Shown here piece by piece: positions 8,872 to 17,150 of a stretch of DNA of 33,163 bases. Numbering within the stretch: position 1 is the stretch's first letter; each line of letters opens with the position of its first letter. The DNA lies in the NCBI GenBank assembly GCA_041492755.1, contig JBGPXN010000037.1:1-33163 (forward strand). Direction: 5' to 3'. Both the position numbers and the translations under genes were made by a program. Source of the stretch: Candidatus Methylomirabilia bacterium. Its GTDB lineage: Bacteria; Methylomirabilota; Methylomirabilia; Rokubacteriales; CSP1-6. The notes beneath the pieces were generated by a model. That model did no database searches, was not told the origin of the DNA, and worked only from the letters and a program-made list of their open reading frames with translations.

Positions 8872-10080
8872 GTGGCACGCGATCGCGTCCTGACCGCGCT
8901 GCTGGGCGCGCTGGTGATCGGCATGGCCGTCTCCATCACGCTCTCGCAGACGGCGCTGGTGATGTTGTCGGTGCGCTTGCTCTACCGCCTGATCACCGGA
9001 CGGGCGTCCGGCATGCGCTGGCCACTCGCCGTGCCGCTGGCGGCGTTCGCCGGCGCCACCGTGCTCGCCGCGCTCGCGTCCGCGCGACCGCTGGAGAGCC
9101 TGCTGTCGTCGAGCAAGGTGCTCCTGGCCGTCACGCTCTACGTGCTGATCGACGCGCTGCCCGACGCTCCGGCCGCCGAGTGGTTCGTCCGCACGCTCGT
9201 GGCGGCCATGACCGTCGTCGCCCTCCTCAGCATCGGGCAGGTGGTCTTCTGTCCGATGCTCGGTCGGCTGGAGGCCGTCCCCGGATTGGCGCGGTTCGCG
9301 ACCAAATGCCAGCGCGCGCACGGCTTTTACAGCATCTACATGACGCTGGCCGGTGTGCTCAGTCTGGTGCTCGTGGTCTCGCTGCCCCGCGGCGGATCGT
9401 GGAAAGCCGGGATCGGCCAAACCGCAGCCTGGCTGGTGAACGGCACGGCGCTGCTGCTGACGTACACGCGCGGGGCCTGGATCGGTTGCCTGGTGGGGCT
9501 CGGCGCGCTCTCCGCGCTCCGGAAGCGGGCCGCGGCGCTGGGCGCCGTGCTCCTGCTCGTGATGATCGGCGCGGTCGTCATGCTGCCCGGCGTTCGCCAG
9601 CGCGCCGAGAGCATGGTCGATCCGCGCGATCCCACTGCCCGCGACCGCGTGCTCATGTGGCAAAGCGGTCTGGCCATCGCGAGGGATCATCCGCTGCTCG
9701 GCGTCGGGCCGGGGCAGGTGAAGCACGTGTTCCCGCGCTACGCCGCTCCGGGGGCGCTCCGGCAGACCCGCTCGCACCTGCACAACACGCCGCTTCAGAT
9801 CCTGGTGGAGCGGGGCGCTGTCGGTCTGGCCGCCTGGGTCTGGCTGTACGTCGCGTTCTTCTCGGGTGCCGCACGGCGATTGCGCCAGCTCACCGCCGAG
9901 CAAGCCGCCGAGCGGCGGCTCGTGACCGGCGCCATGGGCGCGGTCCTGGCGTTTCTGGTGGGCGGCCTCACCGAGTACAACTTCGGCGATTCCGAGGTCG
10001 TGCTCCTCGCGTACGCGTTGATGGCACTGCCGTTCTCCGCCGGCCGGGGCCGGGAAGGGGACGCCCAAGCGCTTGACTAG
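8872..10080 (+). CDS. O-antigen ligase family (WaaL/Wzy_C) membrane protein
   Basis: Polytopic; TYTRGAW, R..MW, HPLLGVG.G, HLHN..LQ...E.G..G motifs. Confidence 0.88.
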   Translation: MARDRVLTALLGALVIGMAVSITLSQTALVMLSVRLLYRLITGRASGMRWPLAVPLAAFAGATVLAALASARPLESLLSSSKVLLAVTLYVLIDALPDAPAAEWFVRTLVAAMTVVALLSIGQVVFCPMLGRLEAVPGLARFATKCQRAHGFYSIYMTLAGVLSLVLVVSLPRGGSWKAGIGQTAAWLVNGTALLLTYTRGAWIGCLVGLGALSALRKRAAALGAVLLLVMIGAVVMLPGVRQRAESMVDPRDPTARDRVLMWQSGLAIARDHPLLGVGPGQVKHVFPRYAAPGALRQTRSHLHNTPLQILVERGAVGLAAWVWLYVAFFSGAARRLRQLTAEQAAERRLVTGAMGAVLAFLVGGLTEYNFGDSEVVLLAYALMALPFSAGRGREGDAQALD

Positions 10081-10903
10081 CCCCGAGAGGTTGCCGATCA
10101 TTGCCCACGACATGGCGGCAGCGGACCGACAGACGAGTCCACGTCGATACGTCTTCAAACCCGACCCTCACAGCAGCCACTCGATCATTCTCCGCTGGCT
10201 CGGCGACGGGCATGGTCGCTCGGTGCTCGACGTCGGATCGGCCGACGGCCTGCTGAGCCATCACCTGACGGCACGCGGATGGCGCGTCACCTGCCTGGAG
10301 CGCGATCCCGAGCTGGCGGAGGCGGGAGCGGCGCACTGCGACCGGATGATCGTGGCGGACCTGGACCGTGATATCCCGAAGCTCGAGCCGCGGTTCGACA
10401 CCATCGTGTACGCCGACGTGCTCGAGCATCTCGTCGATCCGCTCGCCGCGTTGCTGACGCTCAACCGCAGCCTCGAGCCGGACGGTCAAATCGTCATGTC
10501 GGTCCCCAACGTCGCGCACCTCTGGATCCGGCTATCGCTTCTCGCCGGCCACTTCGACTACACGGATCGCGGCGTGCTGGACCGGACGCATCTGCGGTTC
10601 TTCACGAACCGATCGCTGCTCGAGCTCGTCCGTGCCTCCGGACTGTCGGTGGTTCAGTCGACGGCGTCTCCGGCGCCGCTCTACAAGGTCGTGCCCGAGC
10701 GATGGCACGGCCGCTTGCTGGGCGCGCTCGACACGGTCAGCGCGGGCACCGCGCGCCTGCTGCCGCGCGTGCTCGGATACCAGTTGATTCTCAGGCTCCG
10801 GCGCGAGCCGCTTCCGAACGGCGGCTCGCCGCCGACCACGGTCGAGTCCTCGCTGGCCGTGTCCAGCGAGCACGAGCGTCCCACCGGCGCCACCGGGGCC
10901 TGA
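10073..10903 (+). CDS. Class I SAM-dependent methyltransferase
   Basis: VLDVGSADG, ADVLEHL.DP, SVPNVAH, G.LDRTHLRFFT. The true start may be the later ATG (MAAADRQ). Confidence 0.85.
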   Translation: MTSPERLPIIAHDMAAADRQTSPRRYVFKPDPHSSHSIILRWLGDGHGRSVLDVGSADGLLSHHLTARGWRVTCLERDPELAEAGAAHCDRMIVADLDRDIPKLEPRFDTIVYADVLEHLVDPLAALLTLNRSLEPDGQIVMSVPNVAHLWIRLSLLAGHFDYTDRGVLDRTHLRFFTNRSLLELVRASGLSVVQSTASPAPLYKVVPERWHGRLLGALDTVSAGTARLLPRVLGYQLILRLRREPLPNGGSPPTTVESSLAVSSEHERPTGATGA

Positions 10904-11716
10904 TTGCTCCGCGCCGTCCCGAAGGTCGTCGTCGTCATGCCGGCCTACAACGCGGGCCGGACCCTTCGCATGACCTACGAGGAGCTGCCGAAGGACACCG
11001 TGAATCTGGTGATCCTGGTGGACGACGGCTCCACCGACGCCACCATCGAGGTGGCGCGGCAGCTCGGGCTGGAGATCTTCGTCCACAATCGCAACTATGG
11101 GTACGGCGCGAACCAGAAGACGTGCTACACGGAGGCATTGCGAGCGGGCGCCGACATCGTGGTGATGGTGCATCCCGACTACCAGTACGATCCCACCCTC
11201 GTGCCCCAGATCATCGAGCCGATCCGGCGCGGCGCGGCCGAGGTGGTGCTGGGCTCGCGACTGAAGAGCGGCTCGGCGGTCGCGCAGGGCATGCCGTGGT
11301 GGAAGTACGGCGCCAACCGCTTCCTGACGGCGCTCGAGAACCGGGCCTTCGGCCTGCGGCTGTCGGAGTTCCATACGGGATACCGCGCGTTCCGGCGCGA
11401 CGTGCTGGAGACGGTGAACTTCGCGCTGAACTCCGACGGCTTCGTCTTCGACCAGGAGATCATCGCGCAGGTCGTGGCCGCGCGCTTCCGCATCGCGGAG
11501 ATCGCCGTCCCCACCCGCTACTTCCCCGAAGCCTCCTCGGCGAGCTTCATCGCGTCGACGATCTACGGCCTCCGTATCCTGTCCGTGCTTTTCTGGTTCA
11601 CCCTCCACCGCACCGGCCTCCGCCGCTCCCGCCGCTTCGGCAGCCTCCGCGCCCGCTACACCCGGCTCGACTCGGAGGGGGGCTGGCGCCCCCCTTCCGA
11701 CGCTCCGCCGGCCTGA
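10904..11716 (+). CDS. Glycosyltransferase family 2 (DPM-synthase-like)
   Basis: VVMPAYN, VDDGSTD, N.GYG.NQK, HPDYQY, GSR, FHTGYRAF, FVFDQE. Confidence 0.9.
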   Translation: MLRAVPKVVVVMPAYNAGRTLRMTYEELPKDTVNLVILVDDGSTDATIEVARQLGLEIFVHNRNYGYGANQKTCYTEALRAGADIVVMVHPDYQYDPTLVPQIIEPIRRGAAEVVLGSRLKSGSAVAQGMPWWKYGANRFLTALENRAFGLRLSEFHTGYRAFRRDVLETVNFALNSDGFVFDQEIIAQVVAARFRIAEIAVPTRYFPEASSASFIASTIYGLRILSVLFWFTLHRTGLRRSRRFGSLRARYTRLDSEGGWRPPSDAPPA

Positions 11717-11868
11717 CGGCCGGCTCCGCTGCCTCCCCCCGAGAAACAGGCGCGGTATCGAGAATGTTCGAGCGCCGGCTTTGCCGGCGCCGTCGATCCT
11801 GGGGGGAGGTCTCGGAGGGGGCCGTCGAGGCCCCCTCCGATGAGAATGGGGGCGGAGCCCCCTCCGAG
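11672..11868. repeat. Cluster of REP-like palindromes (family B, TCGGAGGGGGCC...GGCCCCCTCCGA) between convergent genes
   Basis: Perfect 12-bp hairpin at 11812-11840, related hairpins at 11672-11700 and 11848-11868, GCGCCGGC-TTT-GCCGGCGC at 11772-11790, and CCTCCCCCC(11732-11740)/GGGGGGAGG(11801-11809) stem. Confidence 0.75.
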
Positions 11869-11869
11869 C

Positions 11870-12565
11870 CTAATTCGGCAGATAAGGTTCGGTGGCGACG
11901 CGGACGCGGACGAAGTAGTCCTTGAAGCGGTCGAGCTCGCCCTCGGACACCATGTCGGTGATCAGGAAGCAGGCGACGTCCTTTTGCTTCCACACCCACA
12001 GCGCGAACCCCGCCTCGTGCACGAGCGCGGGGCGCCAGCGGTCCACTTGCCGGCGCTTGGCCTCGGGCACCGTGAGCCCCGGCGCGGGCAACGCGACGTA
12101 CGTGAGCAGGTGTCCGTCGGCGTCGCGGTAGTGGAGCGCGACACCGCGGTTTTGCTCGAGGTACACGGGCTCGGCGGCCGTGAAGGCGAGCAGGTCGTCA
12201 CCGCCGAAGAGCTTCGCCAGCCCGATCCCGGATTCCTGGGTGAGCCAGGGCAGCGACGCGGGCTCGATCTCGGCGCGCCGGGCGCCCCAGAGCAAGGCGC
12301 GCGTGTGCTCGGCGACCACCGAGCGCACGAGCCGCTGAACCGGATCCGCGGGCGTGATGCGGGGAAGCAGCGGAACGAAGAGCAGGAGCAACCCGAGCGC
12401 CGTGGCCAGCGCGGCGGCCGCAGGGGCCCACCAGGTGGGCCGTGCCGGCCGCGCCTGGCGCAGGATCCGGCCGCGCAGATGCGCCGGCGCTTCGTGCCGG
12501 GGTAGCCCGGACGCCAAGCGTCGCGCCAGTTCCTCGTCGCCCATCTCTGACGGCCGATCGTTCAT
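11870..12565 (-). CDS. Transmembrane anti-sigma factor (RsiW/PrtR-like, no zinc-binding motif)
   Basis: ATG at 12565 overlaps the sigma stop (ATGA). It has AP..LR.RI, a single TM and an extracytoplasmic domain (V.EH.R.L, LHYR, W......FLI.D); it lies directly downstream of an ECF sigma. Confidence 0.75.
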   Translation of the reverse strand: MNDRPSEMGDEELARRLASGLPRHEAPAHLRGRILRQARPARPTWWAPAAAALATALGLLLLFVPLLPRITPADPVQRLVRSVVAEHTRALLWGARRAEIEPASLPWLTQESGIGLAKLFGGDDLLAFTAAEPVYLEQNRGVALHYRDADGHLLTYVALPAPGLTVPEAKRRQVDRWRPALVHEAGFALWVWKQKDVACFLITDMVSEGELDRFKDYFVRVRVATEPYLPN

Positions 12566-13074
12566 TTCACGTCGTAGTCGCGCAGTAGCCCGCGCAGCCG
12601 TTCCTTGGCCCTGAAGATCCGTGACTTCACCGTGCCCACGGGGCAGGCCATGATCCGTGCCACTTCCTCGAGCGGCATCCCTTCGACCTCGGCCAGCAGG
12701 AGCACCGTGCGAAACTCCTCGGGCAGGTGGTGCATGGCGCGCTCGAGGTCGGTATGCGCCTCGCTCGCCCCGCTGTCCTGGTCCGGAGCATCGTGAAACA
12801 TGGGCGCGTCCCAGTCCGGCACCCCGTCCTCCGCGATGGGGCTCTCCCGCTCGCGGAGCCGGTAAAACGTCAAGAACGTGTTCCGCATTATCTGAAACAT
12901 CCACGCCCGGAGGTGGGTTCCCGGCGCGAAGCGGTGGGAGAACCGGAATGCCCGGAGGTACGTCTCCTGCACGAGGTCTTCGGCGTCGGGTGGCTTGCGG
13001 GTCAGATAGACCGCGAAGTTGTACAGCGCGTTGATGTGCTGGAGGGCGTCTCTTTGGAACTCGCCGTCGGCCAT
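12562..13074 (-). CDS. ECF-type sigma-70 factor
   Basis: ATG at 13074; region 2 DAEDLVQETYLRAF...AWMFQIMRN, region 4 LPEEFR...EEVA.IM.CPVGTVKSRIFRA. Confidence 0.93.
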   Translation of the reverse strand: MADGEFQRDALQHINALYNFAVYLTRKPPDAEDLVQETYLRAFRFSHRFAPGTHLRAWMFQIMRNTFLTFYRLRERESPIAEDGVPDWDAPMFHDAPDQDSGASEAHTDLERAMHHLPEEFRTVLLLAEVEGMPLEEVARIMACPVGTVKSRIFRAKERLRGLLRDYDVK

Positions 13075-13075
13075 G

Positions 13076-13615
13076 TCAGTCGAACCAGCGGATCGGAAGA
13101 TCCGTCGGCCGTACCGCGTGCTCATCCTCGAGCTCGTCCAGGAGCTGCCGGATCGTCTGATAGAAAATGGGATGCTCCAGCTCGGGAGCCAGATCGGCGA
13201 GTGGACGGAGCACGAATCCGCGCTCGTGCAGCAGCAGGTGGGGGATCTGCAGCCGGTCGGCCACGCTCACCACGCGCGTGTCGTAGAACAGGATGTCGAT
13301 GTCGAGAGTGCGTGGTTGAAAGCGTCCGGCCTCGAGCGTTGGCGCCCCGCGGGTGCGACCGAGGCCCTCCTCGATGCGCTGCAGACGATCGAGCAGCGTA
13401 TTCGGGGGCAGCGTGGTCTCGATCGCCACCGCGCAATTGAGATACCAGCGCGGCGCTGCCCGCCCGGACTCGCTCTCCCACGGCTCGGTCTCGTACAACC
13501 GCGACGTCTCGAGCAGGTCGATCTCCGTCCCCGCCCGCAGCTCGTGAATCGCTTGCCGCAGCAGCGCCAGCGAATCACCGAGGTTGGAGCCGAGGCTCAG
13601 GTAGACGCGCGCCAT
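13076..13615 (-). CDS. folK: 2-amino-4-hydroxy-6-hydroxymethyldihydropteridine diphosphokinase
   Basis: YLSLGSNLGD, YETEPW, YLN, PRTLDIDILFY, IPH...ERGFVL.PL. Alternative GTG start at 13618. Confidence 0.95.
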   Translation of the reverse strand: MARVYLSLGSNLGDSLALLRQAIHELRAGTEIDLLETSRLYETEPWESESGRAAPRWYLNCAVAIETTLPPNTLLDRLQRIEEGLGRTRGAPTLEAGRFQPRTLDIDILFYDTRVVSVADRLQIPHLLLHERGFVLRPLADLAPELEHPIFYQTIRQLLDELEDEHAVRPTDLPIRWFD

Positions 13616-13974
13616 CACCGTTTCCGCACGAGCTCCACGCCCGGTGTTCCGACCAGCCCTTCGAGGGGCGGGGACAGCTTTCGTACGCGGACGCGCACTT
13701 CGTGGGCGGGGTATTCGCGCAGGAGCGCTTCGGCGATCATGCCGGCCAGACGCTCGACGAGATTGACGCGGTTCTTGGTCCCGATCTCGACGATCCGCTG
13801 GATGAGGGCGCCGTAGTCGATGGTGGCGCCGATGTCGTCGGAGATGGCGGCGGCGGCGAGGTCGATCGCGAGCTCGGCGTCCACGGTGAACCAGGCACCG
13901 ACGGCGTGCTCCGCCTTGGTGAGCCCGTGCTGGGCCCAGAACCGGACGTCCTCGACGAAGAGCTTGTCCGCCAC
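13615..13974 (-). CDS. folB: Dihydroneopterin aldolase
   Basis: HG...E...G..F.VD, DD...TIDY, NLVERLA, V.VRK..PP; adjacent to folK. Confidence 0.92.
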   Translation of the reverse strand: MADKLFVEDVRFWAQHGLTKAEHAVGAWFTVDAELAIDLAAAAISDDIGATIDYGALIQRIVEIGTKNRVNLVERLAGMIAEALLREYPAHEVRVRVRKLSPPLEGLVGTPGVELVRKR

Positions 13975-13990
13975 GCCCGGCCCGGTGAGC

Positions 13991-14791
13991 TCAGAGACCC
14001 AACACGTCGTTCATCGAGTAGAGTCCGGGCCCGCGCCCGGCCACGAAGCGCGCGGCGCGCAACGCGCCGCGCCCGAACGTGTCGCGGCTGTGCGCCCGAT
14101 GGGTCAGCTCGATCCGCTCGCCGAGCGTCCCGAACGACACCGTGTGCTCGCCGACCACGTCGCCCGAGCGCAGTGAGAACACGCCGATCTCCTGCGTCGT
14201 CCGTTCGCCGGGCAGCCCGTGGCGGCCGTGGACGCCGACCTTTCCGAGATCGCGCCCGAGCGCTTCGGCGACGACCTCGGCCATCCACTGCGCGGTCCCG
14301 CTCGGCGCGTCCTTCTTGAACCGGTGGTGGACCTCGGTGATCTCGACGTCGTACTCGTCGCCCAGCGCGCGCGCCATGGTGGCGAGCACCTTCACCGCGA
14401 GGACGACGCCGACGGACATGTTGGGCGAGAGCATGATGGCGGCGCTCTTCGCGAGGGCGGCGATCTCTTCGCGCTGCGCGGGACTGAACCCGGTGGTGCC
14501 GATGACCGCGCTCGCGTGCGCGCGGTTGACCAGGCGCAGGTGCTCGAGCGTCGCCTCCGGCGTGCTGAACTCGATGAGCACGCGGCCGCGGGTGATCATC
14601 GCCGCCGCGTCGCTGCCGAGCGGGACCCCGGCGCGGCCGATCCCGGCCACTTCACCGGCGTCGCGACCGAGCGCCGGATGTCCCGCCGCCTCCAGCGCGC
14701 CGGTCAGAGTGAGGTCACTGGCGTCCGCAAGGAGTGCGACGATCCGGCTTCCCATGCGCCCCGCGGCGCCGGCGACGATGACGTCCGCCAC
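13991..14791 (-). CDS. dapB: 4-hydroxy-tetrahydrodipicolinate reductase
   Basis: GAAGRMG, GTTG, PNMSVG, EVHHRFKKDAPSGTA, GDVVGEH. Confidence 0.96.
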   Translation of the reverse strand: MADVIVAGAAGRMGSRIVALLADASDLTLTGALEAAGHPALGRDAGEVAGIGRAGVPLGSDAAAMITRGRVLIEFSTPEATLEHLRLVNRAHASAVIGTTGFSPAQREEIAALAKSAAIMLSPNMSVGVVLAVKVLATMARALGDEYDVEITEVHHRFKKDAPSGTAQWMAEVVAEALGRDLGKVGVHGRHGLPGERTTQEIGVFSLRSGDVVGEHTVSFGTLGERIELTHRAHSRDTFGRGALRAARFVAGRGPGLYSMNDVLGL

Positions 14792-14808
14792 GAGTCCGCC
14801 GCTCTCTA

Positions 14809-15060
14809 CGCGCGCTGTCGAAAAGCGCCCCGGCTCCGCCGGGGCGCTTCCGATAGTAGGAGGGTATGGGGGGCCATTTTAGGGACTCTCGACACGCGCT
14901 GTCGAAGAGCGCCGCAGCTCAGCCGGGGCGCGTGCGAGCGCAGGGGGGAAAGGGGGGCCATTTCGGGGCCGCTCGCCGCGTATGGTCGAGGAGCGCCACG
15001 GCTTCGCCGGGGCGCTGCCGAGCGTCGGGGGGTATGGGGGGCCATTTCGGGGCCCCCCAT
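14809..15060 (+). repeat. Tandem trimer of an 84-bp structured repeat (family A) between dapA and dapB
   Basis: GGGCCATTT recurs at 14871, 14955 and 15039 (period exactly 84). Each unit has a GCGCC..GGC-NNN-GCC..GGCGC hairpin, a G-tract and GGGGCCATTT(C)GGG. Confidence 0.9.
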
Positions 15061-15061
15061 C

Positions 15062-15949
15062 CTAAACAACCAGCCCGTACGTTCGGAGGATCGTGCGCAG
15101 CTTCTCGCGGTTGGCGTCGCCCATGCGGCACATGGGCAGCCGGAACTCCGGCTCGATCATGCCCGCCATCGCCATCGCTTCCTTGATGGGGATGGGGTTG
15201 GTCTCGATGAACGCGGCCCGCGCGAGCGGGAACAGCCTGTAGTGCAGGTCGCGGGCGCGCTTCCAGTCGCCGTCGAGCGCGGCGTGCACCATCTCCGAGG
15301 TTTCGCGCGGCACGATGTTGGCGATCACCGAGATCACGCCGCGCCCGCCGATGGCGAGAAGCGGCAACGTGATGTTGTCGTCGCCCGAGAGCACGCAGAA
15401 GGTCGGAGGGCAGGCCAGGATGACCTGGCTCATCTGATCGAGCGATCCCGAGGCTTCCTTCACGCCGACGATGTTGCGGCAGTCGCGGGCGAGGCGGACC
15501 ATGGTGTCCGTCTCGACGTTCACCGCGGTCCGACTCTGGATGTTGTAGACGAGGATCGGCAGCGCGGTCGACTCGGCCACCGCGCGGAAGTGGCGGTAGA
15601 GGCCCTCCTGCGTCGGCTTGTTGTAGTACGGGTTTACCACCAGCGCGCCACTGACCCCGGCGCGCTCGGCATGTTGGGTGAGGTCGATGGCCTCCGCGGT
15701 GGAGTTCGAGCCGGTGCCGGCCACGACGGGAATCCGGCCGGCGGCCGCCTCCACCACGAGCTCGACCATCCGCTTGTGCTCGTCGTGGGAGAGCGTCGGC
15801 GACTCACCGGTGGTGCCGCACGGGATGAGCACGTCCGTTCCGTGCTTGACGTGGAAGTCCACCAGCTCGCGCACCTTGGCGTCGTCGATGCGGCCGTCAC
15901 GGAAGGGGGTGACCATCGCGACCAGCGAGCCCTGGAAGCCGTGCGTCAT
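15062..15949 (-). CDS. dapA: 4-hydroxy-tetrahydrodipicolinate synthase
   Basis: GTTGES, GTGSNST, PYYNKP, YNI, GVKEASG, SGDD, ETNPIP. Confidence 0.97.
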   Translation of the reverse strand: MTHGFQGSLVAMVTPFRDGRIDDAKVRELVDFHVKHGTDVLIPCGTTGESPTLSHDEHKRMVELVVEAAAGRIPVVAGTGSNSTAEAIDLTQHAERAGVSGALVVNPYYNKPTQEGLYRHFRAVAESTALPILVYNIQSRTAVNVETDTMVRLARDCRNIVGVKEASGSLDQMSQVILACPPTFCVLSGDDNITLPLLAIGGRGVISVIANIVPRETSEMVHAALDGDWKRARDLHYRLFPLARAAFIETNPIPIKEAMAMAGMIEPEFRLPMCRMGDANREKLRTILRTYGLVV

Positions 15950-16057
15950 GGCGTTGTCTCCCCGTTCGTCAGCTCTTCGTGCGTTCCCCAGCGTCGACGA
16001 TCAGGACAATCGACGTGGGCCATATCTATGCGCGGCGCCAATCCTTTTTAGTGATTG

Positions 16058-16086
16058 ACCGTAGCATTCGGTCCGGAGGCTGTCAA
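16058..16086 (-). promoter_or_regulatory. Sigma70-type promoter for dapA (TTGACA-N17-TACGGT, with TG extension)
   Basis: Minus strand reads TTGACA (16086-16081), 17 nt, then TACGGT (16063-16058) preceded by TGC. It lies ~100 nt upstream of the dapA ATG, which has a GGGGAG RBS. Confidence 0.6.
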
Positions 16087-17150
16087 GGTACGGTGACGGT
16101 CACGGCGTCCGAGCGCGCGCTTTCGTTGGGACGTGCGCCGCCGTCCTGCGCGCTCACGGCATAGCGGTAGACCCCGGGCGCGAGATCGCGGTCCACGTAG
16201 ATGGTGCTCGCCGCCGGCGCCGAGCCGATCCGCACGAATTCGCCGGTTCCGGCGGAGCGGTAGATCACGTACGACGCTACGTCCGGCTCGGGGCTCCCCT
16301 TCCAGGTCAGTCGCACCGTACCGCCCGAGGGCGTGGCCACGAGGTCGGTCGGCACGGAAGGCGGCGTGACGTCTCGCGGCGTGGCCGCCACCCGGCCGGA
16401 CGTCTCGCCACGCGCGGTCGTGCCGTCTTCGCGGCGGAGCGCGCGCACGGCGTAGTGATACGTCCGGTCGTTCTCGAGCTTCTGATCGACGTACTGCGTG
16501 TCGGTGACCAGCGGCGCCACGACTTCGAGCGGCGCCTCCGCCGTCGGCGCTCTGAGGACTTCGTACGCAAGCGCGACGGGGGGCTGGCTGCCATCCACGA
16601 GCCGCGGCGCCTCCCAGGCCAGACGTACCTGTCCTTCTCCCTCCTCCGCCCGAAGTCCGGTCGGCGACGCTGGCAGCGTCAGGAACGTCAGCGACACGCG
16701 GGGTGACGGCGGGCTCACGCGCCCGGCGGAGTCGTCGGCGAGGACCACGTAGGTGTACCGCCGTCCCGAGGCGATCCCCTCGCGGTCGGTGAACCGCACC
16801 CGGCTGCCTTCGATCACCGTGGACCCCGGGGGCGGCCCTCCGACGAGCGGGATCGCCGCGACCTCCTGGTAGCCGGCGATGCGGCCGCCCGCGAGCATTG
16901 CCGGCTTGGGCGTACCCACCCCCGCGTCGTCGGTACGAAACACGCGGAGTCGGACGAGGTCGCGGAGCGGGGTGCCGTCGGCGCGTCGGGTCGGATTCGT
17001 CCACGCGAGCTCGACACCGCCCTCGCGCACCACCCCGGTGAGCGCGCTTACCGGCTGCGGCAGCCGGATCTCCGGCGGCACCGGCGGCCCTTTCTTTCCG
17101 CAGGCGACGAGACTCAGCACGGCGAGCAGGACCACGAGCCGGCCCCTCAT
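16083..17150 (-). CDS. Lipoprotein with LptM/YifL-like N-terminus and fibronectin type III repeats
   Basis: ATG at 17150: MRGRLVVLLAVLSLVA-CGKKGPPVPP (lipobox LVAC), then three FN3-like units (L.W..P, Y.V.R, Y.Y.V.A, ES..S). The track's longer N-terminus reads through repeat DNA. Confidence 0.85.
   Translation of the reverse strand: MRGRLVVLLAVLSLVACGKKGPPVPPEIRLPQPVSALTGVVREGGVELAWTNPTRRADGTPLRDLVRLRVFRTDDAGVGTPKPAMLAGGRIAGYQEVAAIPLVGGPPPGSTVIEGSRVRFTDREGIASGRRYTYVVLADDSAGRVSPPSPRVSLTFLTLPASPTGLRAEEGEGQVRLAWEAPRLVDGSQPPVALAYEVLRAPTAEAPLEVVAPLVTDTQYVDQKLENDRTYHYAVRALRREDGTTARGETSGRVAATPRDVTPPSVPTDLVATPSGGTVRLTWKGSPEPDVASYVIYRSAGTGEFVRIGSAPAASTIYVDRDLAPGVYRYAVSAQDGGARPNESARSDAVTVTVP

Noticed and set aside
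14806..15069. 87-aa ORF with GPEMAPHTP repeats, and the GHFGA-repeat N-terminal extension (17151-17360) of the lipoprotein ORF
   Set aside because: These are by-products of an 84-bp (28-codon) GC-rich repeat. The lipoprotein signal peptide starts at 17150.
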